Notes under the pieces: generated by a model
Databases searched by the model: none
What the model was told of the DNA's origin: nothing
Seen by the model: only the letters and a program-made list of their open reading frames with translations
In this document: piece after piece, positions 1 through 12,125 of the stretch
Layout of the letters: every line of letters starts with the position of its first letter
Position numbering within the stretch: the stretch's first letter is position 1
Assembly: GCF_030684315.1 (NCBI RefSeq)
Contig: NC_081375.1
Span: forward strand, 37,554,068-37,618,067
Direction of reading: 5' to 3'
DNA from: Stegostoma tigrinum
Lineage: Eukaryota
Length of the DNA stretch: 64,000 nucleotides
Position numbers and translations under genes: made by a program

Positions 1-461
1 ATTTAAATTTAATTGGTTTTTTGTATCTAAGTGCTTGGTTCATATTAATTGGCTAAATTCAGAACTTATTGTCTTGGTAAAAACTGCTGTTTGGCCTGCT
101 AACAGCATGGCCTCTCGATACAAATGTTTCAATTCGACTGCTGTCTGGACTTGCAAGCTTTCAAACTGCTCACAGACATCTCCAAGCATTGAAAAAGCAC
201 AATCTTTCAATGGGAGCACACAATGCTTTCCCCTTGGCATTTTACAAATACCAGTACTTTACAAACACCAAATTCAAATGTCCTGTCTCCCAATCATCCA
301 CTTCTGAACCTGACTTGTGAATAGTAGCTTGCCTTCTTATCAGGAGTAGCTTCCCTGTTCCTTGTTACGCTTTGCATTAACTGTCTCCTCTCTCTCAGGA
401 AACAGCTCGTTCATGTTGCTTTGACTCTCCTATCCAGGATGGTTAATTAGCATCCAGTGTT

Positions 462-590
462 GAGGAAAAGTCACTGGATCTAAAATGTCAACTCTGACTT
501 TTCTCCACAGATGCTGCTAGACCTACTGAGCTTTTCGAGCAACTCCTGCTTTTGTTCCTGATTTACAGCATCCACAGTTCTTACAGCTTT
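462..590 (+). mobile_element. Degraded Penelope-like element 3' terminus (pLTR fragment)
   Basis: Resembles the PLE terminus at 1059-1160 and 38225-38360: (c)tgagga..gtcactgga..aaatgtc-aactctga..cagatgctgc..agacct.ctgag, plus the tail cagcatccacagttct. Confidence 0.6.
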
Positions 591-734
591 TTTTTGTAAA
601 ATTAGCATGTTGCTTTTAAATCCTTTCTAACAGTTTCTCTGTGTCCCTTTTATGTCTTATGTTTTATGTTTTATTGGAAAAAGTTTATTCCGGAAAGAGT
701 TAATGATTATTCTTTCAACCCCAGAAGAGTTACT

Positions 735-1795
735 GGAGAATGTGTATGTTGGTCAAATGGGTTGATCAGCAGCAAATGGAATTCAATTTGGATAAATATG
801 TGGTGATGCGCTTGGGCAGGACAAACAAGACAATGGGACACATGATAAACAACAGGACCCTGTGAAGCACAGAGGTTTAGACGGACTTTGGTGTGCTTGT
901 ACACCAGTCGCTAAGGTACCAGGACAGGTGAATAAAGTGGTTAAGTAGGCATATAGTATGCTTGCTAAATTAAAATCGATAGAACCGTGGATGCTGTAAA
1001 TTGGGAACAAAAATGGAAGTTGCTGGAAGAGCTCAGTTGGTCTGGCAGCACCTCAGAACTGAGGAAGGGTCACTAGGCCTGAAATGTTGACTCTGATTTT
1101 TCTTCACAGTTGCTGCCAGGCCTGCTGAGTTTTTCCAGAAACTTCTGATTTTTGTTGTTGTCGTATAGTATACTTGCCTTTATTAACCAAGACGTAGAGT
1201 TTAAAAGCAGGGAGGTTATCCTGGAACTGCATAAACCGTTGGTTAGGCCACAGGAATAAAGTAGCGTCCAGTTCTGGAAGCCACATTATAGGAGGGATGT
1301 GTTTGCACTGGAAAGAGGACAGAGGAGATTTACCAGGATGTTGCCTAGACTGGAGAGTTCAGTTATGAAAAGAGATTGGACAGAGTAACGTTGTTTTACT
1401 TGGAGATAGAGAGCAAACATGACTGAGGTGTGTTAAATTATGTGAGGCATAGATAGGGTAGACAGGAAGAGGCATTTGCCCCTGTTGGAGGGATCAAATG
1501 ACTGGGGACACAGATTTAAGATAACGGGCAGGAGGTTTAGAGAGGATGCAAGGAAAAACTTATTCATTTAGAGAGTGGTAGGAATCTGGAATTCACAATT
1601 TATGGGGGCGGTGGAGGCAGAAATCCACATAACATAAGAAATATTAAGATGTGCGCTTGTGATGCCAAGGCATACAAGGCTGTGGGCCGAGTGCTGGAAA
1701 ATGGGATTAGAATATTTAGCTAGTTGTTTCTGACTGGCATGGACACGATGGGCTGAAGGGCCTTTTTCTGTGCTGTTGATCTTTATGACTTTATA
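735..1795 (+). mobile_element. CR1 LINE 3' fragment (decayed RT C-terminus and 3' UTR), interrupted by a PLE hairpin
   Basis: Similar to the CR1 ORF at 29.5-31 kb (QMEFN.DK, VQFW.PHY, RRFTRMLP codons); ends in a ctttatgactttat repeat tail. Confidence 0.8.
966..1163. mobile_element. Miniature fold-back PLE derivative with target-site duplication
   Basis: Imperfect inverted arms around ctgagga-agggtcactaggcct-gaaatgtt; TSD tatagtatRcttgc at 952-965 and 1164-1177. Confidence 0.7.
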
Positions 1796-2379
1796 GCTGT
1801 ATTGCTGTGTTTGTTGAGAGGACAGCTCCTTGCCATTAACTTTACAAACGCTTGGAGCATGTACTACTGCAGGATTACCCTTAAGCCTGACAATACCACT
1901 CCCAAGCACATTGTTCATTGTGACCTCTTGTAAGGTGGCTTTGGACACCCCTCCAAAGCCCTGTTAGCATCTCGGAACCTGACCACAGGAGTCCTGTCCC
2001 TATATGACAGCTGCAATGTGAAGGCTTGTCGTCCTCAAGACTGTATGTGTTTGCCAGTGGGAGGATGAGGTACTGAATGAATGTGCCTCCCATGTCAGGT
2101 GCTGCGGTGTCGATATCACAACCTTATTGCTGAGTTGAGTTTTTGGATCAACGCACTGAGGTTTATACTTTGTTTTCTCTGCAGTGACTTGCAGCTTCTG
2201 CCTATGACCCACAAAACACCCACCGTTCTTCTAAGCCCCTACCGTATTATGCTCACTGTGCCCCTGTCAGCCCTTCACTCTTCTCTCATTTGAGTTGAGC
2301 TGATGGGAGTTATGTACAGGCCTCCTAGCAGTAGTCAGGTTATGGGAAAGAAGATAACTTAAGAGATAGAAAAAGCATG

Positions 2380-5330
2380 TAAGAAAGGCACAATTACAAT
2401 GATCGGGGGATTTCGACATATAGGTGGACTGCGAAAAATCAAATTGGATCTCAAGAAAAGGAATTTGTGGAATGTCTACAAGATGGAATTTTGGAGCAGC
2501 TTGTGGTAGAGCCCACCAAGGAACAGGCTTCATTGGGAAGCTTAAAATGAAAGAACTCCAAGGGGGAAGTGTCTGTAATATGATAGAATTCACCCAGCAG
2601 TTTGAGAGGGAGAAGCTGGAATCAGATGTAATAGTACGACAGTTAAGCAAAGATAACTACAAAGACATGCTGGAGGAGCTAGCCAGAGTTCATTGGAAGG
2701 GGAGCCTAGCAGGGAAGTTGGTGGAGCAACAATGGCAAAAGTTTCTGGGCGTAATTCAGATGGCACAACAGAAACTAATCGCATGGATGAAGAAACATAT
2801 TAAAGGGAGGATGAAGCAACCATGGCTGGCAAAGGAAGTCCAGGACAGAAAAAAGCAAAAGAAAAGGCACAAAATGTGGTGAAGATTAGCGGGAAGGAAG
2901 AGGATTGGGAAGCCTTTAAAAACCAACAGGGCATAACTAAAAAAGCAATAAGGAGGACGAAGATGCAATATGAGAGTAAGCTAGTTAGTAGTATGAAAGA
3001 AGATTGCAAGATTTTTAAAAAAATATCTGAAAGGTAAGAGAGAGGCGAGAGTGAATATTGGAAAATAATGCTGGAGAAGTAGTAATGGGGAGTAAAGAAA
3101 TGGTGGAGGAACTGAACTGATATTTAGCATCAATTTTTACAGTGGAAAACACCAGCTGCATAGAAATATTTCAAGAGAATCAGAGGGCAGAGGGGAGCGT
3201 TAGTGACCAATACTAAGGAGAAGGTGCTGGGGAAGCTGAAAGGTCTGAAGGTAAAAAAATCACACAGACCCGATAGTCTACACCTTATCACTGAAGGAAA
3301 TAGTTGAGAAGATTGTGGAGGCATCTGTGGTAATCTTTCAGGAATCACTGGAGTCAGAAAAGGCACCAGAGGACTGGAAATGGCTGCTGTAACACCCCTG
3401 TTTAAGAAGGGAGGGAGGCAGAAGACTGTCGGTCAGTTGGCCTGACCTTGGTCATTTGAAAAAGCTTCGAGTCCATTATTAAGGATGAGATTATCGCATA
3501 CTTAGCAGTGTATGGTAAAATGGAGTTGAGTCAGTGTGGCTTTGCTTTGGGGAAGTCACGTCTGACCGAGCTGTTAGAACTTTAGAATTCGAATTAGGTT
3601 TATTGTCATCTGTACTCAAGTACAGTGAAAGGTTTACAATGTCGCCCTCATGGTGCTATCTTGGGTACAAAGTACTTGGTACAAACGTTAGATACAAAAT
3701 GGAGAAATAAAGAATAAAATGTTACATTACCTTAAAGTGATTCATATTATGTTAGAAAGTAAGATATAAAGTTAAATTGATAAGTATTACAGTCAGATAA
3801 ACAGATTACAGGTTGACACCACATTGTAGTAGGTTAGCGCAGGTGTCTTACACACATGGTCTGACTGGGTTTGCAAGCCGCTGAGTGCTTGCACTGGTTC
3901 CCAATCTAACACTGTCTCTGCTCTGCTCTGGGCCTCCAGCCAACGTTCCTCTGGCCCACAGCTGCTCTGCTGTGGGCCTCCAGCCTTCTCTGTTCTGGCC
4001 TTTCACCACTCCAAGGTAAGGTTTCTTTTTATAAAAAACACTTGAACGTTTTAGAAAGAAAAGAGAGAGAAAGAAAAAGAAAAAAGAAAAGTTGATAGAT
4101 TGACAAGTCCCAGGTTGAGGAGCCTGGACCTGAGCAAGTTAGACAAAGGAGAGCCAGTGGGTATGATCTATTTGGATTTCCAGAAGACCCTAGCCACAGA
4201 GGAGGCTGTTAAGTAAGAGAAGAGGCCACGGTATTTTGGATAAAGTACTGGCATGGATAGAGGGTAGGCTGACTAGCAGAAGGCAGAGAATGAGGAAACA
4301 AGGGCCTTTTTAAGGATGGCAGCTGGTGACTAGTGGAGTTCTGCAGGGATATGTGTTGAAACAACAACTATTCATGTTGTAAGTTAATGATCTGGATGAA
4401 TGAACTGAAGGCATTGTTGCTAGGTTTGCAGATTACAGTAAGATAGGCAGAGGGACAGGTAGTGTCAAGGAAGTTGGGAGGCTGTAGAAGTTCTTAGATA
4501 GGCTAGGAGAGTGGGCAAAGAAATGGCAGATGGAAGATGATGTGGGAAAGAATAAAGTAATGCACTTTGGAAGGAAGAAGACAGGCTTAGGGTGTTTTCT
4601 AAATGGGTAAAGGCTTCAAAATTTGAAGCACAAAGTAAGTCGGGAATCCTAGTTCAAGATTCACTTGAGGTTAACATGCAGGTTCAGTTAGCAGTTGGGA
4701 AGACAAATGCAATGTTAGCATTCATTTCAAGAGGGTTAGAATACAAGAGTTACAAGAGCTGAGGCTGTATAAGGCTCTAGTCAGACTGTATTTGGAATGC
4801 TGTGAGTATTTTGAATATTGAGGCCCATATCTAAGAGAGGATCTGCTGGCGTTGGAGGGGGGTGCTCGTGGACATTTGCAAGAATTACCCAGGGGATGAA
4901 GTGTTTGTCATATGAAGACCTCTTAAAGAAACTGAATCTGTATTCAATGGAGCTTAGAAGGATGAGGCAGGATTTGAATGAAACTTGCAGAATACTGAGA
5001 GGCCAGTATGCAGTGGTTGTGGAAGGTATGTTGCCATTAGTAGGAGAGGTTAGCCAAGGGCACATCTTCAACATGAAGGGATTAATCTTTGGAGCTAAGA
5101 TGAGGAGGAATTTCTTCAGCCAGAGAGTGGGAACTCAAGCCCCAGAGGGCTGTGAAGAGCAAGTCATTGACTATATCTAAAGGCAGAGGTATATAGAAAG
5201 ATTCTTAATTGGCAAGGGGATCAAAGATTACAGGGAGAATGCCAGAAAATGAGGTTGATATCAGCCACAATCAAATGATAGAGCAAACTTGATGGGCCAA
5301 ATGGCCTAATTCTACTTCTATATCTTATGA
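2380..5330 (+). mobile_element. Long decayed CR1 LINE (EN-RT linker, RT and 3' UTR) with a nested insertion at ~3583-4130
   Basis: ORF remnants such as QPWLAKEV and LSYEDLLKKLNLYSMELRRMR...RRNFFSQRV; many stops and frameshifts; 3' end aatggcctaattct...tatatcttatg. Confidence 0.85.
3583..4130 (-). mobile_element. Nested non-LTR retroelement fragment inside CR1
   Basis: Interrupts CR1 colinearity; its left end is the reverse complement of ...tgtacttgagtaca.atgacaataaacctaa, which also occurs on + at ~40700-40731. Confidence 0.55.
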
Positions 5331-7169
5331 GCCTGCTGTCCAATCATGCAATTCCTTCCCTTTCACACATTACATTGGCTTGAAAAGCATTGCTATGTGT
5401 TCACCTTGTCAGTTGTGGTGGTATTAGGCCATTCATCACCTGTCATTGATTCAGTATCCTGCTGTGCACTGACTTGCCCCCTACTTTCACATTGATACTG
5501 TCCTCTTTCCTACATTCATATGCTTCTGTCTTTCCTTCTAACTTAATGCTTCCCTTTTAGCCACAAGCTACCTACTTTTCAACCTGCACTATGTGAGAAA
5601 ACCTGTGCCCATTAAAAGCATGCTGGTGCATTGGCACTGCCCAGTTGGGTGGAATGGATAAGCAGCAGATCATGCTTGAGTTAATGTGAAAAGACTAAAA
5701 TGCAGTTGTAGAGTTTTCTGTGAAAACAACATAAGAGCATGTGAGCATATCATCACAGGCAGCAAAGGCTGAGTACTTACACAAACTGGAGGCAAAAGAG
5801 CAAAATCACCAGGAATGCTTTGTTTAAATTGTTGAGTTTCTGAAGTGTCAAGTATGTTGATTGGGTGGATGTTAATTAGGATTGGCAAATTAATTCCACT
5901 AAACTGAGTAATTAATAAGATGCAAATACATGTATAGAGGCTTCTTGCCACCTGATGGACTGAAAGTGATCTCAACAAAATGTCCGAACAAGTTAGTTAA
6001 AACATATTTTGAACGAGGGAAGGCTTAATTGTGAAAGTTTAACTCGATGAGAATCTGAATTTTGGATCTCATTTGATTAAGGCATCCCCATGAGTCTGGA
6101 CCACCCAGGGAGTGGAAAATTAGTTCATTTAGATGTTTAACATTGTGTTGAGTTAGATATCACGAGGTATTGCCTGGGTAAACGGGTTATTTGACAAAAT
6201 GATGAGAAATTGTCCTTTTAACTCTGAACAAGCAGATTTACATTTGATCCGCTCCTGCAGTTTTTTTGTAGATAGTCGTTGAGATTCACCTAAAAACTAC
6301 GAAACACCAGAGCACTCACATAATCAGTATTCTGGCTGATAACTTGCAGGCTTGATCCGTGTGGGCATAATCACTCAGCAGCCTACAGCAATGCATGACG
6401 CAGATCCATTGAGAATGAATAAAGCTAAGAAAATGTCTCTTCCCAGGAGACTTGGTGACTCACTAGCATCCTGCGTCATTCAATCTTTGACTGAATGAGC
6501 TGCTCCATTCTGATCAAAACAATAACAGGCTGAAATGTTGTAATGCCTTTGGACTGCCTGGAGAATGATGTTTATGTAGAGTTATTGGTGAAATAGCTGG
6601 GTACCATGTTCACAAACCTGTTATTCAATTCAGTCAATTTACTTTGCTATTAAATTCAGTGAGCACAAAGATTTGGGAAGACATCTGTGAAAATAAGGGC
6701 CGTTCAATTATATGTCAGCAGCAATCAAATTAACCAAAAGAATGCCAACAGGACAAGATGATTTTCAGTAAAACACGGCCCCCATAAGAGACAAATGGTT
6801 CATTTGCGTGAGGTGCATTTTCTGCACCCTTTCAGGAGGGATTGGGAAATTTGAAGGCTTGAAGCTGGTGAGGGGAGTCATCAGGAAGGGAGCCGGATAA
6901 CTCACCACTTCATGCCACAATGCCAGCAGCAGGAAGGATGGAAGTTACAAAGCTCCCCTAGGACGTCAATTGAACCATCAAAGTGGCGAATTGAAGCAGT
7001 CCAGGCATTTTGCCCACATTCAAGAGGGTCCACAGGATAAACCTGGCAGCAGCCTGCAGGCTGTCATCTAGGGGTACTCTACTTTAAGGGCTCAACAGGG
7101 ATTGGAATCTCTAGTAGAAATTGCTGCCCTTTTGGCAAAATTGGCACCAGTAAATAATAATCCCCTTCA

Positions 7170-7668
7170 ATCAGTTACAGGAAGGATATTATTAAGTTGG
7201 AGAGGTTTGAGAAGAAATTCACCAGGATGTTGCCGGGAATGGACTGTTTGAGTTATAGGAGAGGCTTGGACATTTTTTTACTGGAACATAGGAGGTTGAG
7301 GGGGGAACTTATTAGAGGTTTACAAAATCATGAAGGGTATAGAAAAGGTGAATGGCAGGTGTCTCTTCCCTAGGGGGGGGAATTCAAGACCGGGGGCATA
7401 TTTTTAAGGCAAGAGGCGAAAAATTTAGAAAAGACATGCGGGCCAATTTTTTTAATGGAGAGAGTGGTTCGTGTGTGGAATGAACTTCCATGGGAAGTGA
7501 TGGCAGCAAGTACAGTTACATTATTGGATTAGTACATGAATAGGAAAGATTTGGAGGGATAAGGACCAAGGGCCGGCAGGTGGAACTAGTTTAGTTTGGG
7601 ATTATGGTTATCTCAGGCTGGTCTGACTGAAGGTTCTGTTTCTGTGTTGTATGACTATGACTCTATGG
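7170..7668 (+). mobile_element. CR1 LINE 3' end
   Basis: Encodes KDIIKLERFEKKFTRMLPGM-like sequence; ends in the tandem tail atgactatgactctatg. Confidence 0.8.
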
Positions 7669-7939
7669 CTCCCTTTTTCCAAGGCCCTACCTCCTTCCTT
7701 CAAACTATCCCAGCTTTGAGGAAGTCTGGCTATTAACCTGCCCTTTTCCTGAAGCTGCAGCATCATCAGTGGTGACTGCTAGTAATGGTAATGCTGACCT
7801 GCCAGATCTCCCATTGGGCCAGCAGCTCTGGGAGGCAGGCTACTAAACTCCATCTGCTGAAGCAGGAATGATAAGTCAACACCATTTTGTTAAAATATTT
7901 CAGTGTGTCAATATTTCAATTAGCGCAAGATAGTTTTTG

Positions 7940-8430
7940 TTCGTTCATTCATTCATTCATTCATTCATTCATTCATTCATGGGTTGTGGGCCAGCATTTG
8001 TAGCACATTCCTAAATGGTCTTGACAAGGTCTGAACTGCCTTCTTGAACTGCTACAGTTCATGTGGGTTAGGTTGCACTGACAGTGTGTTAGGAAGGAAA
8101 TTTTGGTCGTCGACAAAGAGGGAAGTATTCCAAGTTAGGCTTGTGTGTGGCTTGGAGGGTAATTTGAAGGTAGTAGTGCTCCCAGGCATCTGTGGCTTTT
8201 ACCCTATGTGGTGACAGAGATTGTGAGTCTGGAGGATGCTGGTGAAGGAGCCTGGTCGAGTTGCTGTGCTGCATCTTGTACATGACATAGACTGCTGCCA
8301 CTGTTCATTGATGGTGGGGGAATGAATGTTGAAGGTGTCAGATATGTTGCTTTTTCCAGGATTATGTTGATCTTTTTCTGTTTCTGAAGCTGCATTCAGC
8401 CAGGCAAAAGAACAAAACTCCTTCACATCC
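7940..8430 (-). mobile_element. 3' end of a LINE with a (TGAA)n tail, including the (TTCA)n microsatellite at ~7944-7980
   Basis: Perfect TTCA run next to sequence matching the 3' end of the LINE at 53.2-55.9 kb in reverse. Confidence 0.65.
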
Positions 8431-8889
8431 CTGAGTCAATTATGACCGATTTCTGTTATTCTACAATTTTCAGCTATTAAAATCCAATCTTCTTGACAAA
8501 CAACCACTTTGGCTGCTTTTGACACAAAAATTGGAGATGTAGTAGACAGTGAAGGTTGCCTCAGAATACAATGGGATCTTGATCAAATGGTTCAATGGGC
8601 CAAGATGTGGTAGATGGAGTTTAATTTAGATAAATGTGAGTTGCTGCATTTTGGAAAGGCAAATCAGGGTAGGATTAATATACTTAATGGTAAGGTTGTG
8701 ATGAGTATTGCTGAATAAAGTGACCTTGGAGTGCAGGTTCATAGTTCCTTGAAAATGGAGTCGCAGGTAGATAGGATAGTAAAGATGGCATTTGGTATCA
8801 TTATCATCATAGAATCTAGCTTAACCTAATTGGTGAGTGCATTGAGTTTAAGTGTTAGGAGGTCATTTTGTGGCTCCATAGACTTGATT

Positions 8890-9282
8890 GTAGTGCCAGG
8901 AGATGCCGGCGCTTTGCAGTGATTGTGTGTTTCAGGAGTTGCAGGGAGAAACGCTTCTGAAGAATCTCAATGTTCTGAATGTAGACATTATCACGGTTGG
9001 GACCAAATTGGGAAGGCCTAAAAGTGGACTGTAGTCCATCAGTGATGATCCGGGTCTGTAGGCATGTACTAAGAAAGGTAATGTGGCTGTGGTACCTGGT
9101 TTTCTTCAGGATGTGGTCGAGCAGCTTTAGGGCCAAAGAGAACCTGAGCGAGTTCTGATGAAGGGTCTAGGCCCGAAATGTCAGCTTTCCTGCACCTCTG
9201 ATGCTGCTTGGCCTGCTGTGTTCATCCAACTCTACGTCTTGTTATCTCAGATTCCCCAGCATCTGCAGTTCCTATTATCTCT
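8890..9282. mobile_element. PLE fragments: ORF N-terminus (- strand, ~8890-9150) fused to a pLTR 3' end with tail (+ strand, ~9151-9282)
   Basis: ORF 8855..9136 contains HITFLSTCLQTRIITDGL, matching the PLE N-terminal FLxxC..I.P.GL motif; it is followed by the hammerhead-bearing terminus. Confidence 0.8.
9155..9182 (+). ncRNA. Minimal hammerhead ribozyme motif (C-to-U change in the ACGU palindrome)
   Basis: ctgatga-agggtctaggccc-gaaa-tgtc. Confidence 0.6.
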
Positions 9283-10003
9283 TGGGGGTGGGGAGTGCAG
9301 ATATTTGCAAGTAAAATGTTGGCGAGAAATTGGGAAGCCGTCAAAAATGAGGTAACAGGAGTCCAGAGACATCATGTCCCAATTAGAGTGAAGGGCAAGG
9401 CTAGTAGGTGAAGGGAATGCTGGATGACTAGAGAAATTAAGGTTTTGATCAATAAAAAGAAGGAACCAATGTCCTGTATAGCCACAAAATGACCTCCTAA
9501 CACCTAAACTCAATACACTCACCAGTTAGGTTAAGCTAGATTCTATGATGATAGTGATGATACCAAATGCCGTCTTTACTATCCTACCTACTTGCGACTC
9601 CATTTTCAAGGAACTATGAACCTGCACTCCAAGGTCACTTTATTCAGCAATACTCATCACAACCTTACCATTAAGTATATTAATCCTATCCCGATTTGCC
9701 TTTCCAAAATGTAGCAACTCACATTTATCTAAATTAAACTCCATCTACCACATCTTGGCCCATTGAACCATTTGATCAAGATCCAATTGTATTCTGAGGC
9801 AACCTTCACTGTCTACTACATCTCCAATTTTTGTGTCAAAAGCAGCCAAAGTGGTTGTTTGTCAAGAAGATTGGATTTTAATAGCTGAAAATTGTAGAAT
9901 AACAGAAATCGGTCATAATTGACTCAGACCTTTGCTGGTTGGGCCTGCATTTATAGCTGATCCCTAGCTGCTCTGGAGAAGGTGGTGGCGAGCTGCCTTC
10001 TGG

Positions 10004-10460
10004 TCTTCAGCTCTTGTGCTCCTCTGATGCTGCTATGTTCATCCAGCTCTACATCTTGTTATCTCAGATTCTCCAGCATCTGTAGTTCCTACTATCTCTG
10101 TCACAATTTTAACCCCACTGCGAAGCCTCTTCTAAAGATGCGTACCTTGAAGAAGTTGCCCTCCTCACTTTGAAAAGAATTCAGTGGATCTCTCTCCTAC
10201 TGCATTTCTCTCGTAATCTCTTCGGCCTTGAAACTGCTCGACCACGTCCTGAAGCCAAACAGATACTACACTACCTTTCTTAGCACATGCCTCCAGACCC
10301 GGATCATCCCCAATGGACTGCAGTCCACATTTAGGCCTTCCCAATTTGGTCCCAACAGTGACAATGTCTACATTCAGAACATTGAGATCCTTCAGAAGCT
10401 TTTCTCCCTGCAACTCCTGAAGCACACACTCGCAGCAATGCGCCAGCATCTCTGGCACTA
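10004..10460 (+). mobile_element. PLE fragment: pLTR end and tail reading directly into the ORF N-terminus
   Basis: tgttcatccagctctac...cctactatctct continues into ORF 10228..10461 (TFLSTCLQTRIIPNGLQSTFRPSQFG). Confidence 0.8.
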
Positions 10461-10509
10461 ACATCCACACCCAATCAACTTTTGAAAGCTCATGCCTAAT
10501 ACTGTCAAA

Positions 10510-12125
10510 ATTAGCCTTTTGTTAAGCTCGGTGTTGTGCCCGAAGGCTGAGGAACTTTGGAGGAAGATGAAGTGTTGTTCCTCCAGCTTGTGTTGAGCTT
10601 TGCTGGAGCACTACAGCATGTCATCTATTGTGAACAGTTATTGTGATTAGCTCCATGTCGAACAGCTGCAAATTAACTGATGAAGATGAGAAAGAAGATT
10701 CTAGTGAGATGACAGTTACAAGCAAGGAAGCCAAATGGTAAAGACCAATCAGAAAAAATGAAATTGATTTTTAGCAATTTTTTTTGATTCTGTTCATTTG
10801 AGGGATGTTGGGATGTGAGCATTACTGGTTGGGCCTGCATTTATAGCTGATCCCTAGTTGCCCTGGAGAAAGTGGTGGCGAGCTGCCTTCTGGAACTGCT
10901 GCTCTACAGCAAGTGCTGTGTGTAGGTTCACAATGCTGTTCGGGAAGGAATTAATCGCAAAAAAAATTGTACCAGCAAAGGGAAATATTAAATTATATTG
11001 GAAGGAACAAAAAGAAATGATATGAAAATTAAGAAAGGTCTGAAATAATAACAATCCATATTAAGCACATTATGTTTTATTACTAAACAAAAATTGGACT
11101 GCAATGTGCTCCTGAAATTAAGTCTTGGCATCCATAAAATTCTACATAACTGCAGAATATGCTCCTGTCAACAGACATTTAAGAATTCCTCACAAGATTT
11201 GCACTTGGCAGCTTTACATTAGTGAACAGGAAAAGCTGATATTACGCAGCTCATTCTGTTTGGAACTGATTCCCTACTTGATCATCAACGAGTGATATTA
11301 ATGGCAGGGAAGGCCCAGTTGTGAGAAATCTGCAGGGAACAACAAATAGTGACCAATGACACACACGGGCCCCATTGTAACTACCCAGACCTCTTTCGAT
11401 CACACGTTTATAGGCAGGCCTGCAAAGTAAAGATTACCTTTTCAGAAATCATCTTTTTAATGCTCATTCTTCTCTATTGGTTGTTCCCTGCAGATTTCTC
11501 ACAACTGGGTCATCCCTGCCATTAATATCACTCACTGATGACTCAACAAGAGAACAAGTTTCAAACAGAATGAGTTGGGTAATATCAGCTTTTCCTGTTC
11601 ACTAATATAAAGCTGCCAAGTGCAAAGCTTGTGAGGAATTCTTAAATGTCTGTTGACAGGAGCACATGCTGCAGTTATGTAGAACTTTATGGATGCCAAC
11701 AGTTAATTTTAGGAACATGCTGCAGTTCAATTTTTGTTTTGTAATAAAATGCAGAATGATTAATATGGATTGTTATTCTTTCAGACTTTTCTTAATTTTC
11801 ATATCATTTCTCTTTGTTCCTTCCAACATAAATTAGTATTTCTCTTTGTTGGTGCAATGACTTTTTTCCTCTTAATTACTTAGCTCATTTTCATATTTTC
11901 TGATTGGACTTTACCATTTGGCCTTTCTTGCATACAACTGTCATCTCAACAGAATCTTCCTTTCACACCTCTGTCAGTTAATTTGCATGAAGCAATTCAA
12001 CATGATGCTAACTTCAATAGCTGTTCACAGAAGATGCTAGTGAGGGTCAACGCAAGCTGAAGGAACAACACCTCCTCTCCTGCCAAAGCGCCTTAGCCTA
12101 TAGAACACAAGATTGATTTTAACAA
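10510..12125. repeat. Older inverted duplication (arms ~10510-11350 and ~11473-12125; left arm interrupted by a ~160 bp repeat at ~10790-10950)
   Basis: gagtgatattaatggcaggga...ctgcagggaacaac (11290-11343) is the reverse complement of gttgttccctgcag...tccctgccattaatatcactc (11480-11533); homology extends outward to PLE C-terminal remnants. Confidence 0.9.

Larger units (their letters stand above)
8431..9927. repeat. Large inverted duplication: ~445 bp arms at 8431-~8875 and ~9480-9927
   Basis: ctgagtcaattatgaccgatttctg at 8431 is the reverse complement of 9903-9927; colinear with few mismatches through ggtcattttgtggc. The arms contain a CR1 fragment plus other flanking DNA. Confidence 0.95.

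Noticed and set aside
40-440. 66-aa - strand ORF at the window start
   Set aside because: Unrecognised; bounded by stops; could be LTR or unique non-coding DNA.
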